The position numbers and the translations under genes are program-made. Positions 26,801-36,989 of a stretch of DNA of 64,000 nucleotides are shown here, one piece after another. The notes under the pieces were generated by a model, which worked only from the letters and a program-made list of their open reading frames with translations, was not told where the DNA came from and did no database searches. The stretch's first letter is position 1. Each line of letters begins with the position of its first letter. The DNA comes from Hypanus sabinus (Eukaryota): assembly GCF_030144855.1 (NCBI RefSeq), contig NC_082708.1, positions 53,816,001 through 53,880,000 on the forward strand, given 5' to 3'.

Positions 26801-29800
26801 TTATTTAGCACACCCAATTCCCTACTTTTATTTAGACTATTACCTCAATCAGCTTTCGAAAGATCATACACTTGTTACATAGCTTTCCAGTAACTAACAA
26901 CATACCCATGCCAGCTCCTCTTCATGACACTATTTGTCACCTTTGTTTGGCCTGGTTTCGCATAATATGCTTTTCATTGAATGTCCATTGAGTTAGTGTT
27001 ATGTTGTGCTATTCTACTGTGGTATTTTGACAAGTTACTGCACCTTAGAGGCAGTCATTGGCTGTGAATGGCATCAAGTTAATTTTTGAACATTATTCTC
27101 TAGGTTATCCAACTACCACAAATCCTTTGTCTCATTGCACGTTTATTTAAATCTGGAAGCTTATAGCTGTTTGCAGCAACAAACTATGCTCAATTATAGC
27201 TGCTATTTAGATAGATGTTTATACATTCCATGCTGTTAAATAAATCTGGCTCATTAGTTATCTCTGTTTACAATAAGGCTTGCTATCTTTTTGCACATAA
27301 TGCTTTTTTCCTAATGCGACTTATGTAGAAGTTATTATTTTAAACTCTGATTCTAACCAGGTACAGCTGCTACCAAAAGGCCTCTATGCAATTTCTGGAG
27401 AATCTTGAACACTATTCTTAATTCCAAGGATAGTCATGCTGTTTAACTATTTCTTTACCCTAATCACAGAGTCTAATAGTCAAATGTTATCATCTTTACT
27501 TTCACTCTTGTACAACCTAGTATTTTTAGTTCCCAGTTATGATAATCTTGGAGCAACATTTTAATAACATGCCAAGCCCTTTTAAATCACATTCAAGTCA
27601 GCAATTCATACTTCTACAGTTGTTACAGCTTTCTCAAGTCAGATCATTGTAAAATTCAGTTTTCCCAATGCTTGCCCAATTTTTGATTATAGTCGGCCCT
27701 CCTTATCTGCGAGGGATTGGTTCTAGGACCCCCTGCGGATTCCAAAAAACTCAGATGCTCAAGTCGCTTATTTAACCAGTCTCAATGTGGTGGACACTAA
27801 GACCCGGCGGAGGTCTGAATCCACAGTGTTTCTGATCACAAAAGTAATCACTATCATGATTGAAAATAAAGTGGAAATAATAAAGCGATTGGAGAGAGGT
27901 GAAACGCCATCGGTCATTGGAAAATCGTTAGGCTACAATCGGTCAACGATCAGAACAATTTTAAAGGATGAAGTGTGAATAATGGAGCGTGTGAAAGGCC
28001 CTACCCCGATGAAAGCTACAATTATTGCAAAGCAATGCAGTGATTTAATTATTGAAATATAAGTGTTTTATATGCATAGAAAGGTAAAATATATACTATA
28101 AGACAAACGTTTGACTAACTGACGCTAAATAAAACCAGATGTACCTGTAAGATGTACTTAGTAAGAGAACTTCCGGTTTTTTTCGATCCCGATTCNNNNN
28201 NNNNNNNNNNNNNNNNNNNNNNNNNNNNNNNNNNNNNNNNNNNNNNNNNNNNNNNNNNNNNNNNNNNNNNNNNNNNNNNNNNNNNNNNNNNNNNNNNNNN
28301 NNNNNNNNNNNNNNNNNNNNNNNNNNNNNNNNNNNNNNGCTCGAACAAGTGCTGGGTTTTCTCGATTCATGGTTGGTTGAATTCGCGGATGCGGAACTCG
28401 CAGATAAGGAGGGCCGACTGTATTTGCCTACCCTCTTGATTTTTGTTTGCATGTATTATTAATAACATTTCTCATTGCCTTCATTTATTAGCTCTCAGTG
28501 ATCAACTCGTTTATCCATTCTACAAGCACTCTGGACCTAACTCAGTTATGATAGTGCTCACCAATGTTACCATTCCTGCCTCTGCTAGAAAGAGTCAGCA
28601 CCACATGAAATGGAATTTTCACCCCCTTGTTACTGAGTTCAATGATCATCTTCTTACTCATTCCTTGTAAGAATTTCCAGGTGACGTATTAGTCAAAAAA
28701 AAATACTTCCAGCTTTAATTCCTACTAGACTCTGAAAAAGAAACCACCTTATTCTTTTCAGTATTATTAATGCCAACATGGACCACAACTGATGATCTTC
28801 CTTTCTCTCCACCAATATTCCTACAACACCTCTAAGAATCCCACACCATGGCATCATACTTCTAATATAGCATGTCACCAGTTCTCTTCGAGGGATTGGA
28901 AACGTAAAGGGTGAGCAGTTTCAAGTTCTTGAGTGTCATCTTCCCTGAGGGAACTCTCCTGGCCCAACACATTTATGCAATTAAAAAGACACAACAGAGG
29001 CTGCATTTCATAAGGAGTTTGAGGAGAATTCCTAGGTCAAAGACATTTGCAAATGTCTACAAATGTGCCAAGGAGAACATTCTAACTGCTTGCATCAACA
29101 TCTGGCACGAAGGGACCACTATACAGGATTACAGAAAGCTGTAGAAAATTGTAAACTAGCCAGATCTATCTTGGGTACTAGTCTGCCAAGAATTCAAGAC
29201 ACCCTTAAAAGGTGATGCCTCAAAAAGGCAGTATTGACCAATGAGGAACCCCATCATCCCAGACATACTCTCTTCTCATTGCTACCATCAAGGAGCCTGA
29301 AGACACAAGTCAACATTTCAGGAATAATTTCTTCCCCTCTGCCATCAGATTTCTGAATGGATAATGAGCCCATGAACACTACCGATGTTCACTGTTTCTT
29401 CTTTCCTCTTTGCATTAATATACATATATTTATATATTAAACAATGTATTCATTGCAATTTAGTTTTTGTTATGTAATGCAATGTACTGCTGCTGTAAAG
29501 CAACAAATTTCACAGCATATTAAACCTGATTCAGATGTACCACATAGGACTAAGTATACATATATGGCAATGACCAGTTCATAGGATGACAGTTATTACC
29601 AAATCTTATGTTTTAAAAACAAATGTTTTACAATATATTTTGGTGGTGCCACATGTTAAAACAAATTCTTGATTTAATTTCGTTCATATTTTTTAAGAAT
29701 TGATTTGCATGCAATATAATTTCATCAAGCATGCCAAGCCCAAAATAATATTCTTATTAAATGGTTTTATTTAACTAAATCTGTATTAAGAATTTCTATA

Positions 29801-32800
29801 TTTGTGATGAAGAACGTTGAATCTTTACATTTGGAATTTGATATCTATTGAATCCTTGTGTACTTATGCTTACTGTCTTGTATTATTAACTGCAAGGCAG
29901 TAGAATACAAGTGAACAGTGTAGGCCTTTCAGCTCATGTTGTTTTGACTTTTTAAACCAACAATGGAAGGAATGAATGGATTCAACAATGAATTAATTTT
30001 TGACCTCCACCTTAAAATTCTCAAACCATTTGCTAAGTAAATTCCACAATATTTACAGGTCATCAACTGTTCATTTTTCCATTTTAAAAAATTAATACAA
30101 AGCAAATGAACAAATTTTTTTTACATATTAGACCATACCTTGTAACAACCAATGGCCTTTTCAATGTCACCCTGAATTTCATAAATCTGGCCAAGCAACC
30201 TGTGCGCTTTTGGGTCCCTTTCCTGTACCTTTATGTATGCTGACACCTCCCTGCAACAGCCATTTTAAAAAAAGTGATTATTACACTGAACAATCAGCAA
30301 AACAAGTATCTACAATTCAAAACTTGAGATAAATATAAAAAGTGAAATGCATACACACTTTAAAAGAATATGGCAGGCCACAAATGAAGAGCAGGGGTAT
30401 GGAGCTAATTGGATGGCTCTTTCAAGAGAGACAACACACCCATGAATTGCAGATGTCAAGAACAGAAAAAGGCTCTTTAGGCCACCATGTTCATTAAATA
30501 ACCTCCTCCTAAGATGAATGAGTCTCTGAACTGCATCCACAATATAAATCAATTACTTGCTTAATTCTGCTGGCTCATTTCAGGATGACGATATGAAAAA
30601 CATTAAAGGGAATCAGAATAAATAAGGCCTATTAATAGTTTCTTATGCACTGAAGATAAAAAGTCAAACAAAACCTTTTCTTTGCCGCAATTATTTATAG
30701 GCCTTATTTAAGTAAAAAGATTATTCTAGCAAACTCATTATAATATAATTATTCAACTTCCTCAGTTTGCCCACAGTTCAATTTGGCTATTTGCATCTCA
30801 ATTCCAAACAGTCACAAGTAATGCACTTAAAATTTACAACACTGAAATAGATATCACAAGAAATTAAAGCATAAACATTTTACCAGAGATATGACTTTTG
30901 GATAAGTTCCACCCTGGATAATATACACCACTGTTGAACTTTGGTGTTGCAAGTCTATCCAGCTGATGAGTTCACGAACCAACATGGCTTTGCACAGAGC
31001 GCCCCTTTTTAATTGCTCAAAGTTTTGGTTTCATTTGTATTTTAAAAGCACAATGACTTAACTGAAGGAATTGATTTGTACTTCAGGAAGGGAAGTCGAG
31101 TCCTCATCTAGGAGTCAGTAGTGGAAAGGGTGAGCAGTTTCAAGTTCCTGAGTGGCAACATCTCTTAAGATGTATATTGATGTAGTTATTAAGGTGGCAT
31201 GCCAGTGGCAAGACTTCAGTAGAAGTTTGATATTTATTATGTCAGCAAAAAAATAACAAATTTCTTCAGATGTACTGTGGACAGCATTGTACGTGGTTGC
31301 ATTACCTTCTGGTAGGGAGGGGCCACTGCATAAATCAGAAAAGGCTGAAGAGGGCTGTAAATGCAGACAGCTCCATTTTGGGCACGAAGCTCCCTACCAT
31401 CAAGGACATCTTCAAAAGGGAATGCCCCAAAAAGGTATCATCAGTCATTAAGGGCATCAAACACCAAGGAGAGAAGGTACAGTGGCCTGAAGATACATAC
31501 TAAACATTTTAGGAATAGCTTCTCCCCCTCTGCCATCAGATTTCTGAACACTACCCTATTATTTTTGTACTGCTTATGGTACTGTGCAAAAGTCTTAGGC
31601 TCCCTAGAATTGTTATATAAATTTAGTTATAAGTGTTTATTTTTGTCTTCTACAAAAGTGTGTCAGTAGAGTAGAGCAGAGCAAATTTTAAGATTTTCAA
31701 ACATTCAATTTCCAAAAAAAAATGCTGCAGAGAAATTTCTGTATTTCTTTCAAAAAAGGACCATATCAAATAAGAGACTACTTTTCAAATAAAAAAAATA
31801 CTCTGGTATATAAACAAAGGTAACAAACCAGATCAATGACATAAAAGAGTTGAATAAACTAAACTGATTAACTGAAACAAAACTGGTGCAGAAGGAATCA
31901 AGCTGGGCAGAGGACAACCAAACTAAAAGAGAGCAGATGTGATAATTTAACCTTCAGATCATCAATTCTTACAAAATGGCAAGAGTGAGCATAGTAACAA
32001 GGCATAAAGTGGTAATCCTGCACCAGCAAGGTCTCTCCCAAGCAGAAATTTTGTGGGAGACAGGAGTTTCAAGATGTGCTGTTCAAGCTCTTCTGAAAAA
32101 GCATGAAGAAACGGACAAGATTGAGAAACAGAAACAGACTGAGTGCAGCAGCCAAGAGATACATCAAAATGACGTCTTCTAAATCTGAAGTAGTCCAACA
32201 CTGCTATCAGCTCTGAATTCATAGAACCCACTGGAAGTACACTCCTCTACAGTCCAGAGAAGTCTTGTCAGAAGTGGTCTTCATGGAAGAGTTGCAGCCA
32301 AAAAGCCATTTTTCCAAAGTGGAAACAAAGCCAAGAGACTTACTTATGCACAAAAACACAAGGGCTGGAGTGCTTAACAATAGCACCAAGTGCACTGGAC
32401 TGACGAGACAAAATTTGAAATTATTGAGCTGGAGAGCACCACATTTATGAGTGTCTGCAGCCAATAGCAAAGCATGGTCGAGGTACTCTGCAGGTTTGGA
32501 TCTGCATTTCAGCAAGTGTAGTTGGTGATCTGGTTAGAATTAATGGAATCCTCAATGCTAAGCACAAGCAGATTCTCATCCATCATGCAATACCACCAGG
32601 GCGATGTTTGGTCCCACCTTCATCCTGCAGCAGGACAATGACACCAAACACATGGCCAGGATCACAAAGAACTACTTTCAGCAAAGAGAACAAGGAGTTC
32701 TGCAACAGATGGAATGGCCTCCACAGAGCCTTGATCTCAACATCATTGAGGCTATCCAGGATTACCTGGAAAGACAGAAGCAAGACAGCCAAGTCTGCAG

Positions 32801-35800
32801 AAGAACTGGCAAGTTCTCCAAGATACTTGGAACAATCTACCAACTTGTTCTTATAAAACAGCACAACAGCGTATCTAAGAGAACTGATGCAGTTTTAAAG
32901 GCAAGGGGTCATTACATCAAACATTGATTTGATTTAGTTTTTTTTTACTGTTTACTGATCTTTATAGTAATTTTTTTTATATTTAGAAGCTTCTCACTTT
33001 GAAAGCATCTTTGCTTTAGATATTTTTGTTTACAAGTCCCTAAGACTTTTGCACAATACTGTATTTAATTTATATACATTTTTATCGCAACTGACAATAT
33101 ATTATGTTGCACTGTACTGCTGCCATAAAACAAAAAAAAATCATGGCCTGATTTAATAAACCCGATTCCTATGCCTGCTGTAAGAATCTAATCAGAATAG
33201 TGAAAGTGAAAACACAAAGTTTAATCTGCTACAGAAAGCAAGAACAATGACCAACATTGACAGGAAAGCAGAATAAAAGCAGGAACATTGAGTTCTGCAG
33301 GTCTCAGCACAGCCACATCAAAATAAAATTTTCAAAAAGTGGCTAACAGTACAGAAGAAAGTCTGACATTAAAAAATGGGATGGAATTCAATTTGCAAAG
33401 TATGTGACAAAGTATTTTGAGAAGGAAAATAATCTAAAGGTATAAATATACAATAACTGGTCTGATAGTGTGGAGGAACAGGAATCTTAATATCCACATC
33501 ACAGATAAAAACAAACAGCAGAACTAGACTGTCCAACCTTGCAAGCATCCATTAAGATAGTTGATGATCACTAAATATACATAAGTATAGATCACCAGGG
33601 TGCACCAAGACATTTGCACAATACTATAGTGATTTTATATATTGCACTGTATACGTGAGTAATGATAAACCTGATTCTGTAACGGGTTTCTACTGCGGAC
33701 TGAGAGTGGAAAGGGGGCGGGGGAGAGGAATAGTGGTTAGGAAAATGAGAAGGGAGGGAATGGGAAACACCAGAGAGACATTCTGTAATGATCGATAAAC
33801 CAATTGTTTGGAATTAAATTACCTTCCTACGTGACTCAGGGCTGGGTATGTCTGCATCCGCACCATCCCCACCCATCGCCCCAGCAATTCTTTTCTGCCA
33901 CCTATCCCACATCCCTCCTGCGGCTCCACCTTCGCCATTCCCAACACCCTTTGCTCCTACCAGATCTACAAACTCGCTCTGTTCCACATTGACACAGAAC
34001 AGACTGTGCAAAAGTCTCAGCTATATTAATGTGCCTAAGACTTTTGCACAGTACTGTACTTCTGTATCATTTTTCTGCACTACTGTACATCTCTTAGTTT
34101 GCTCTAATATCCAGAAAACAGTCTGGCTCATATTCCCAGAATGTGACTTCTGGTTCCTCAGTCAGGGAAACATCCCTACAAACAGCTAGTCAAAGCCTGC
34201 AAAAATATTGCAAATTTGACTGGTCTATTTTCATTCTATCAAACTATAGATTCCCAGAAGTCTTCAAATGGGTGGATACAACAGTTAAGTAATGAGGAAT
34301 GGAGCCAAACTAGAACTGTCAGAAGGCAGGCCACACCTTTGTACACAATTCTGCTCACATTAATAACATCACATCCTCCTAGTAAAGAGAAAACAAAAAT
34401 TTGAGGTCTTTGCTAGGGCTTGAAATTCTCATTTTGAGTAGTGAGTAACTATGCTGAATTGGTTCTCTTTGGAATAAAGGGAAGATTTAATTGAAGCTTT
34501 ATTGATTACAGTTAATTGGGAGAGTTGCTTACTTGGGTCAACACTTAAAGAACAAAAACTAACTGAGATATTAGCCAGATTCCCTTTGTTTATTGTGGAT
34601 ACTATGCCACTTAATTGGGACAGGAGACTGTTGTGAAACAGCTTCTAATTTGTGCTGTTAAGATCACTCATAGAGCAGTTCTAAATAGAGCCAGTTGTAT
34701 TTGCTTATTTTCAAAAAAGTTATTTTTGCACAGAACAGTAGTTTTGTCACTGACAGTTGGTGAGAAATAAACAGTAAGGCAACTTAGATGTGCTGTCTTG
34801 CTCTATGCAGTTTCAAGCATTCAAGCTTGGAGATGCCATAAAAGGCAGGAATTGAAAGTACAACCATTTCATTACTTCAGCAAATCAGGAACTGTGAAGA
34901 ATTTGGAAGTACAAAAAATACTCTTGAATGTTGCAATGAAGATGAAGATTTGGAGGATTCAATCATCAAAAGCATTGTATGAAGGCAGTCCATTATCTGC
35001 ACTTAGGTGTCTGCATTGATTTTGCTCATTTACAGTCAATCAAAAGAACACAGCGGTTGAAGTCCATCAATAACTATTAGGAACTAATACAGTTTTATAG
35101 TACTGTAGTAGTATTGATAGTGCTCAAATTTGTTCCTTAGTTAAACCCAGTAGTTTATCTTTTTATACCTTTAATTATTTCCATGAAACTCCAGCTAATT
35201 GGGGTCGCTGCTTAATTGGATCAAAATGTACTGGCCCCAATTAATCAGAATCAACTGTATATAAAATTATAACATGCTAACACTGGGAGAAAGGTAAACC
35301 ATTCCCCCCGCTACGTGTGAGCATTCAATAAACCCCTGATAAATTAGCACTCCGATGTTGAAGCCAAACAATGGCATACAGAATATTACACTATATTGTT
35401 GTGATATTTCCTTCACAGTTAATCATTAAAAGTGTACAAATACATGATAAGTGATAAGGTTTTAGTTATATAAATTTACAGTAACTGATAGTTGTTAGGA
35501 AGAAAAATCAATGTTCAGGGGTCTGCATTAGTCCACCAATAGAATGCACACACTTTCAATAGTTTGCACACTTTGACAGTATTTAGAATAGATGGGTCAT
35601 AACCTGTAAGGCTATTGACAGAGAGGAAGTGGAGTCAGCTAAATAGATCTAAGTAGTTGACATAAAAATGAACCAAACAGCTTTCTGTGTTAAACACCAT
35701 TACTTAACAAGTCAATAACCTGCATTTGTCCAATAAAGACAATATTGTAGACAATTAGAAATATTTATTTTACCTTTTAGCAAGTTCATATTCTTTGGCT

Positions 35801-36425
35801 TCATAGTAGAGTTTTGCAAACAAAAATCCTTTGAGTGATTTCTAAAACAAAGTAAAACAAATTACAACCAAAAGCTTTTATAAAACTTCAAAGTTCGAAC
35901 TATAAAACTATTAGAGAAAATGCTTTCAATTAGCACAAATAACAGGACTATAAATAAATAAATATCTAAAAGTATTACAGCCAAGTAGTTCAAACCTTCA
36001 AAAGGAAGTAAAAACAATTGTGGAAGGTAGCTTTAGGCATTTAAACCGTAACTCATCACAACTAAAATGTAAGTTCAAAATAATTTATAGACATAAATAT
36101 ACCGCCAAAAATCTGATAGAGGCGCTGCCTCCAGATCGAAGAATTGCGATAACTTACAACAATTGCAATTGCTGTAATGACCACAACTCTCTCCTGCAGT
36201 AAAAGAAACAGCGTGGTGCTGAAAGCACGACCGAACTCCGGCCTGCCTGCCAACCAGAAAGAAGGCCCAACAACCCAATCCACTGTCGGCGGCCCTTCCA
36301 CACCCTTGAGTTAGTCACCGGCACCTCACTTGATGGGTCGAGACACTCACCTCACGGGGCGACAGAGGCTTGAAGCCCTGCAATGAAGCGATATACTTCT
36401 CTACCTCCACCTTACTGCGCATCAT
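2784..36425 (-). CDS. RANBP2: RANBP2/Nup358 gene, 5' portion (exons 1-20 plus a cassette exon); 3' exons (IR/M E3 region, RBD4, cyclophilin) lie outside the window
   Basis: 20 exons with GT-AG boundaries splice into one open frame starting [17 protein letters not shown]...[22 protein letters not shown]. Exon sizes (68,112,231,146,182,176,124,162,138,84,136,95) match my recollection of human RANBP2. Exon 20 carries three RanBP1-type domains and RanBP2 zinc fingers. Confidence 0.98.
3793..8146 (-). CDS. RANBP2: RANBP2 giant exon 20 (4354 nt): FG region, RBD1 (~6980-7380), zinc fingers (~6225-6840), RBD2 (~5200-5605), kinesin/BicD2-binding region, RBD3 (~4310-4715)
   Basis: Within the 1471-aa ORF; three HFxPVxxxP...KTGEEDE...WKERGxG...KxCANH repeats; acceptor aagcag|ACT, donor CCTG|gtaagt. 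Confidence 0.98.
8227..8321 (-). CDS. RANBP2: RANBP2 exon 19 (95 nt)
   Basis: ctcag|(V)[31 protein letters not shown]|gtaacc. Confidence 0.96.
8725..8969. mobile_element. Penelope-derived palindromic insertion with 13-bp TSD and hammerhead-like cores
   Basis: ~100-bp inverted arms (8723-8820 and 8829-8927); ATAAACAGATCAA duplicated at 8712-8724 and 8970-8982; shares the caaaatgctggaggaact... terminus with the Penelope at 55265+. Confidence 0.85.
9142..9277 (-). CDS. RANBP2: RANBP2 exon 18 (136 nt)
   Basis: accag|[13 protein letters not shown]...[13 protein letters not shown]|gtaatt. Confidence 0.95.
9871..9954 (-). CDS. RANBP2: RANBP2 exon 17 (84 nt)
   Basis: ttcag|[28 protein letters not shown]|gtatgt. 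Confidence 0.96.
10180..10397 (-). mobile_element. Degenerate V-SINE-like element
   Basis: Reverse complement resembles a SINE central domain (ttttccctagatgttttgattttctctgacatcc). Confidence 0.45.
10585..10840 (+). mobile_element. V-SINE-like (HE1-type) element
   Basis: tRNA-like head, central ctccagtttcctcacaatccaaagatgtg, tail catctctaaataaa. Confidence 0.65.
11031..11240 (-). CDS. RANBP2: RANBP2 exon 16 (210 nt)
   Basis: cccag|[12 protein letters not shown]...[19 protein letters not shown]|gtaaat. Confidence 0.94.
12253..12402 (-). CDS. RANBP2: RANBP2 exon 15 (150 nt)
   Basis: gtcag|[38 protein letters not shown]...TTIDS|gtaagt. Confidence 0.94.
12484..12621 (-). CDS. RANBP2: RANBP2 exon 14 (138 nt)
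   Basis: ttttag|[46 protein letters not shown]|gtaagt. Confidence 0.96.
13293..13454 (-). CDS. RANBP2: RANBP2 exon 13 (162 nt)
   Basis: tatag|[24 protein letters not shown]...[16 protein letters not shown]|gtaact. Confidence 0.96.
14336..14459 (-). CDS. RANBP2: RANBP2 exon 12 (124 nt)
   Basis: ttttag|[41 protein letters not shown]|gtaagt. Confidence 0.96.
14543..14718 (-). CDS. RANBP2: RANBP2 exon 11 (176 nt)
   Basis: ttcag|[15 protein letters not shown]...[19 protein letters not shown]|gtaaat. Confidence 0.96.
14795..14976 (-). CDS. RANBP2: RANBP2 exon 10 (182 nt)
   Basis: tttag|[18 protein letters not shown]...[19 protein letters not shown]|gtatga. Confidence 0.96.
15341..15547 (-). CDS. 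RANBP2: RANBP2 exon 9 (207 nt)
   Basis: tgtag|(G)[27 protein letters not shown]...LVKCDD|gtaaga. Confidence 0.94.
15971..17496 (+). mobile_element. Solo LTR interrupted by a Rex1 LINE
   Basis: TGTAGAA...TGTTACA termini; ACTG target duplication at 15967-15970 and 17497-17500. Confidence 0.7.
16407..17273 (-). mobile_element. Rex1/Babar-type LINE, 5'-truncated
   Basis: [23 protein letters not shown]; FQFLGV...[14 protein letters not shown]...[10 protein letters not shown]; AATAAA plus short-repeat tail. Confidence 0.9.
17600..18660 (+). mobile_element. Degenerate RTE-type LINE fragment
   Basis: Decayed RT motifs (FDKVR; [15 protein letters not shown]); C-terminal [15 protein letters not shown]. 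Confidence 0.7.
19000..19517 (+). mobile_element. Degenerate CR1 LINE fragment
   Basis: [13 protein letters not shown] (~DFxKAFD); YINDL. Confidence 0.6.
19518..19690. mobile_element. One end of a Tigger/pogo-like element
   Basis: Reverse-complement match to 35100-35260. Confidence 0.6.
19690..20643 (+). mobile_element. Tc1-family transposon, 5'-truncated
   Basis: [29 protein letters not shown] transposase motifs; right end caaggcactgTA. Confidence 0.85.
20992..21082 (-). CDS. RANBP2: RANBP2 exon 8 (91 nt)
   Basis: tgcag|[30 protein letters not shown]|gtaatc. Confidence 0.94.
21200..21395 (-). CDS. RANBP2: RANBP2 exon 7 (196 nt)
   Basis: ttttag|[10 protein letters not shown]...[19 protein letters not shown]...ALCYLIAYQ|gtatgt. 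Confidence 0.94.
22206..22351 (-). CDS. RANBP2: RANBP2 exon 6 (146 nt)
   Basis: tgcag|[48 protein letters not shown]|gtaatc. Confidence 0.93.
22754..22984 (-). CDS. RANBP2: RANBP2 exon 5 (231 nt)
   Basis: ctgaag|[23 protein letters not shown]...[13 protein letters not shown]|gtatat; AAG acceptor. Confidence 0.93.
23648..23803 (-). CDS. RANBP2: RANBP2 exon 4 (156 nt)
   Basis: ctag|[21 protein letters not shown]...[15 protein letters not shown]|gtacgc. Confidence 0.95.
24235..26754 (+). mobile_element. Young L1 LINE, 5'-truncated with a 5' inversion; 11-bp TSD; antisense in RANBP2 intron 3
   Basis: 614-aa uninterrupted ORF2 C-terminal half ([14 protein letters not shown], CxxC...HxxxxC); AATAAA plus (GAAA)n tail; AGGATATTTAG at 24224-24234 and 26755-26765; inverted endonuclease segment at 24235-24373. 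Confidence 0.95.
27690..28420 (+). mobile_element. Tigger/pogo non-autonomous transposon (contains an assembly gap)
   Basis: TIR AGTCGGCCCTCCTTATCTGCGAG at both ends with TA flanks; CENP-B-like HTH remnant [22 protein letters not shown]. Confidence 0.9.
28196..28338. other. Assembly gap (143 N)
   Basis: Run of n. Confidence 1.
28880..29540 (+). mobile_element. Rex1/Babar LINE 3' fragment
   Basis: SSFKFLSV...[12 protein letters not shown]; tail taaacctgattcagat. Confidence 0.75.
30139..30250 (-). CDS. RANBP2: RANBP2 exon 3 (112 nt, TPR region)
   Basis: tgcag|[37 protein letters not shown]|gtatgg. Confidence 0.96.
31100..33170 (+). mobile_element. Rex1/Babar LINE 3' fragment split by a Tc1 insertion
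   Basis: SSFKFL; [14 protein letters not shown]; 3' tail resumes at 33064-33170 (aataaacccgattc). Confidence 0.7.
31577..33061 (+). mobile_element. Full-length but decayed Tc1 transposon (transposase pseudogene 31976-32927)
   Basis: TIRs GTACTGTGCAAAAGTCTTAGG and CCTAAGACTTTTGCACAATACTG with TA flanks; [19 protein letters not shown]...QQDNDTKH...[12 protein letters not shown]. Confidence 0.92.
33560..34058 (+). repeat. Composite repeat built from Tc1-TIR pieces and a Rex1-type tail
   Basis: TIR-like sequence at 33600-33630; gataaacctgattctg; paired TIRs at 34003-34052. Confidence 0.55.
34507..35260. mobile_element. Tigger/pogo-like non-autonomous transposon
   Basis: TACAGTT...AACTGTA ends; repeated TTAATTGGG subterminal motifs. 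Confidence 0.6.
35774..35841 (-). CDS. RANBP2: RANBP2 exon 2 (68 nt)
   Basis: ttttag|[22 protein letters not shown]|gtaaaa. Confidence 0.96.
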
Positions 36426-36850
36426 GTTTGCTGGGCAGCCTCAAGCTGCTGTGTGCACAACGGCCGGCAAACGCCGCCCCTCACAGGCCTGTTCCGGCCC
36501 CGTGCTGTCGCTTCCGTTCGGAGCGCAGCCGTTCCGCGGGAGAAACGAAACCAACCAACGCGTCCTGCCCCTTCCGCGCCTGCTCACGATCCGCCGACCC
36601 GGCTGACGTCACAAGGAGACCCCGACGTCTCTCGCGAGCGAGCGGCGCAGAGCAAACGCAGGCTGGAAAGAAACGGGACTACGTTCAAATCTCGCGAAGT
36701 TTCACATTTCGACTGACGTGAGTGAAGCCGCTGGGTGTCGGTGAGAGTAATTTCCACGTTGCTAACAAGTGACTCATTTTGGCCTCTTGGGTTGGCGGTT
36801 CTGTGCTTGAACTGTACCTCTCTCCATTTTTAGCGCCACCCCGTTTAGAG
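36200..36850. promoter_or_regulatory. CpG-rich RANBP2 promoter/5'UTR with a CRE and two TCTCGCGA motifs
   Basis: Sharp GC/CpG enrichment around exon 1; TGACGTCA at 36604-36611; TCTCGCGAGC at 36630-36639; TCTCGCGAAG at 36690-36699; TGACGTG at 36714-36720. Confidence 0.85.
36351..36425 (-). CDS. RANBP2: RANBP2 exon 1 (coding part, 75 nt)
   Basis: ATG ATG CGC AGT AAG... gives [25 protein letters not shown]; donor GAG|gtgagt. Confidence 0.95.
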
Positions 36851-36989
36851 AACTGGAATCATATTTCCAGAAGCAGGGTTGGGGGTTTCGACCATCCTCC
36901 CTCCGCAGATGCTGCTTGACCCGCTGAGCAGTTTGTTTTTCTGCCATCTGCATCTGCAGTCGATTATTTCTCTGATCAAATATTAACGA

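Noticed and set aside
27787-27978. Domesticated TIGD/CENP-B-like gene
   Set aside because: Only an HTH remnant inside a TIR-bounded non-autonomous element.
28096-28452. ORFs spanning the N run
   Set aside because: Artifacts of the assembly gap.
36370-36721. Plus-strand ORFs in the CpG island as a divergent protein-coding gene
   Set aside because: GC-rich, stop-poor sequence with no recognisable protein.
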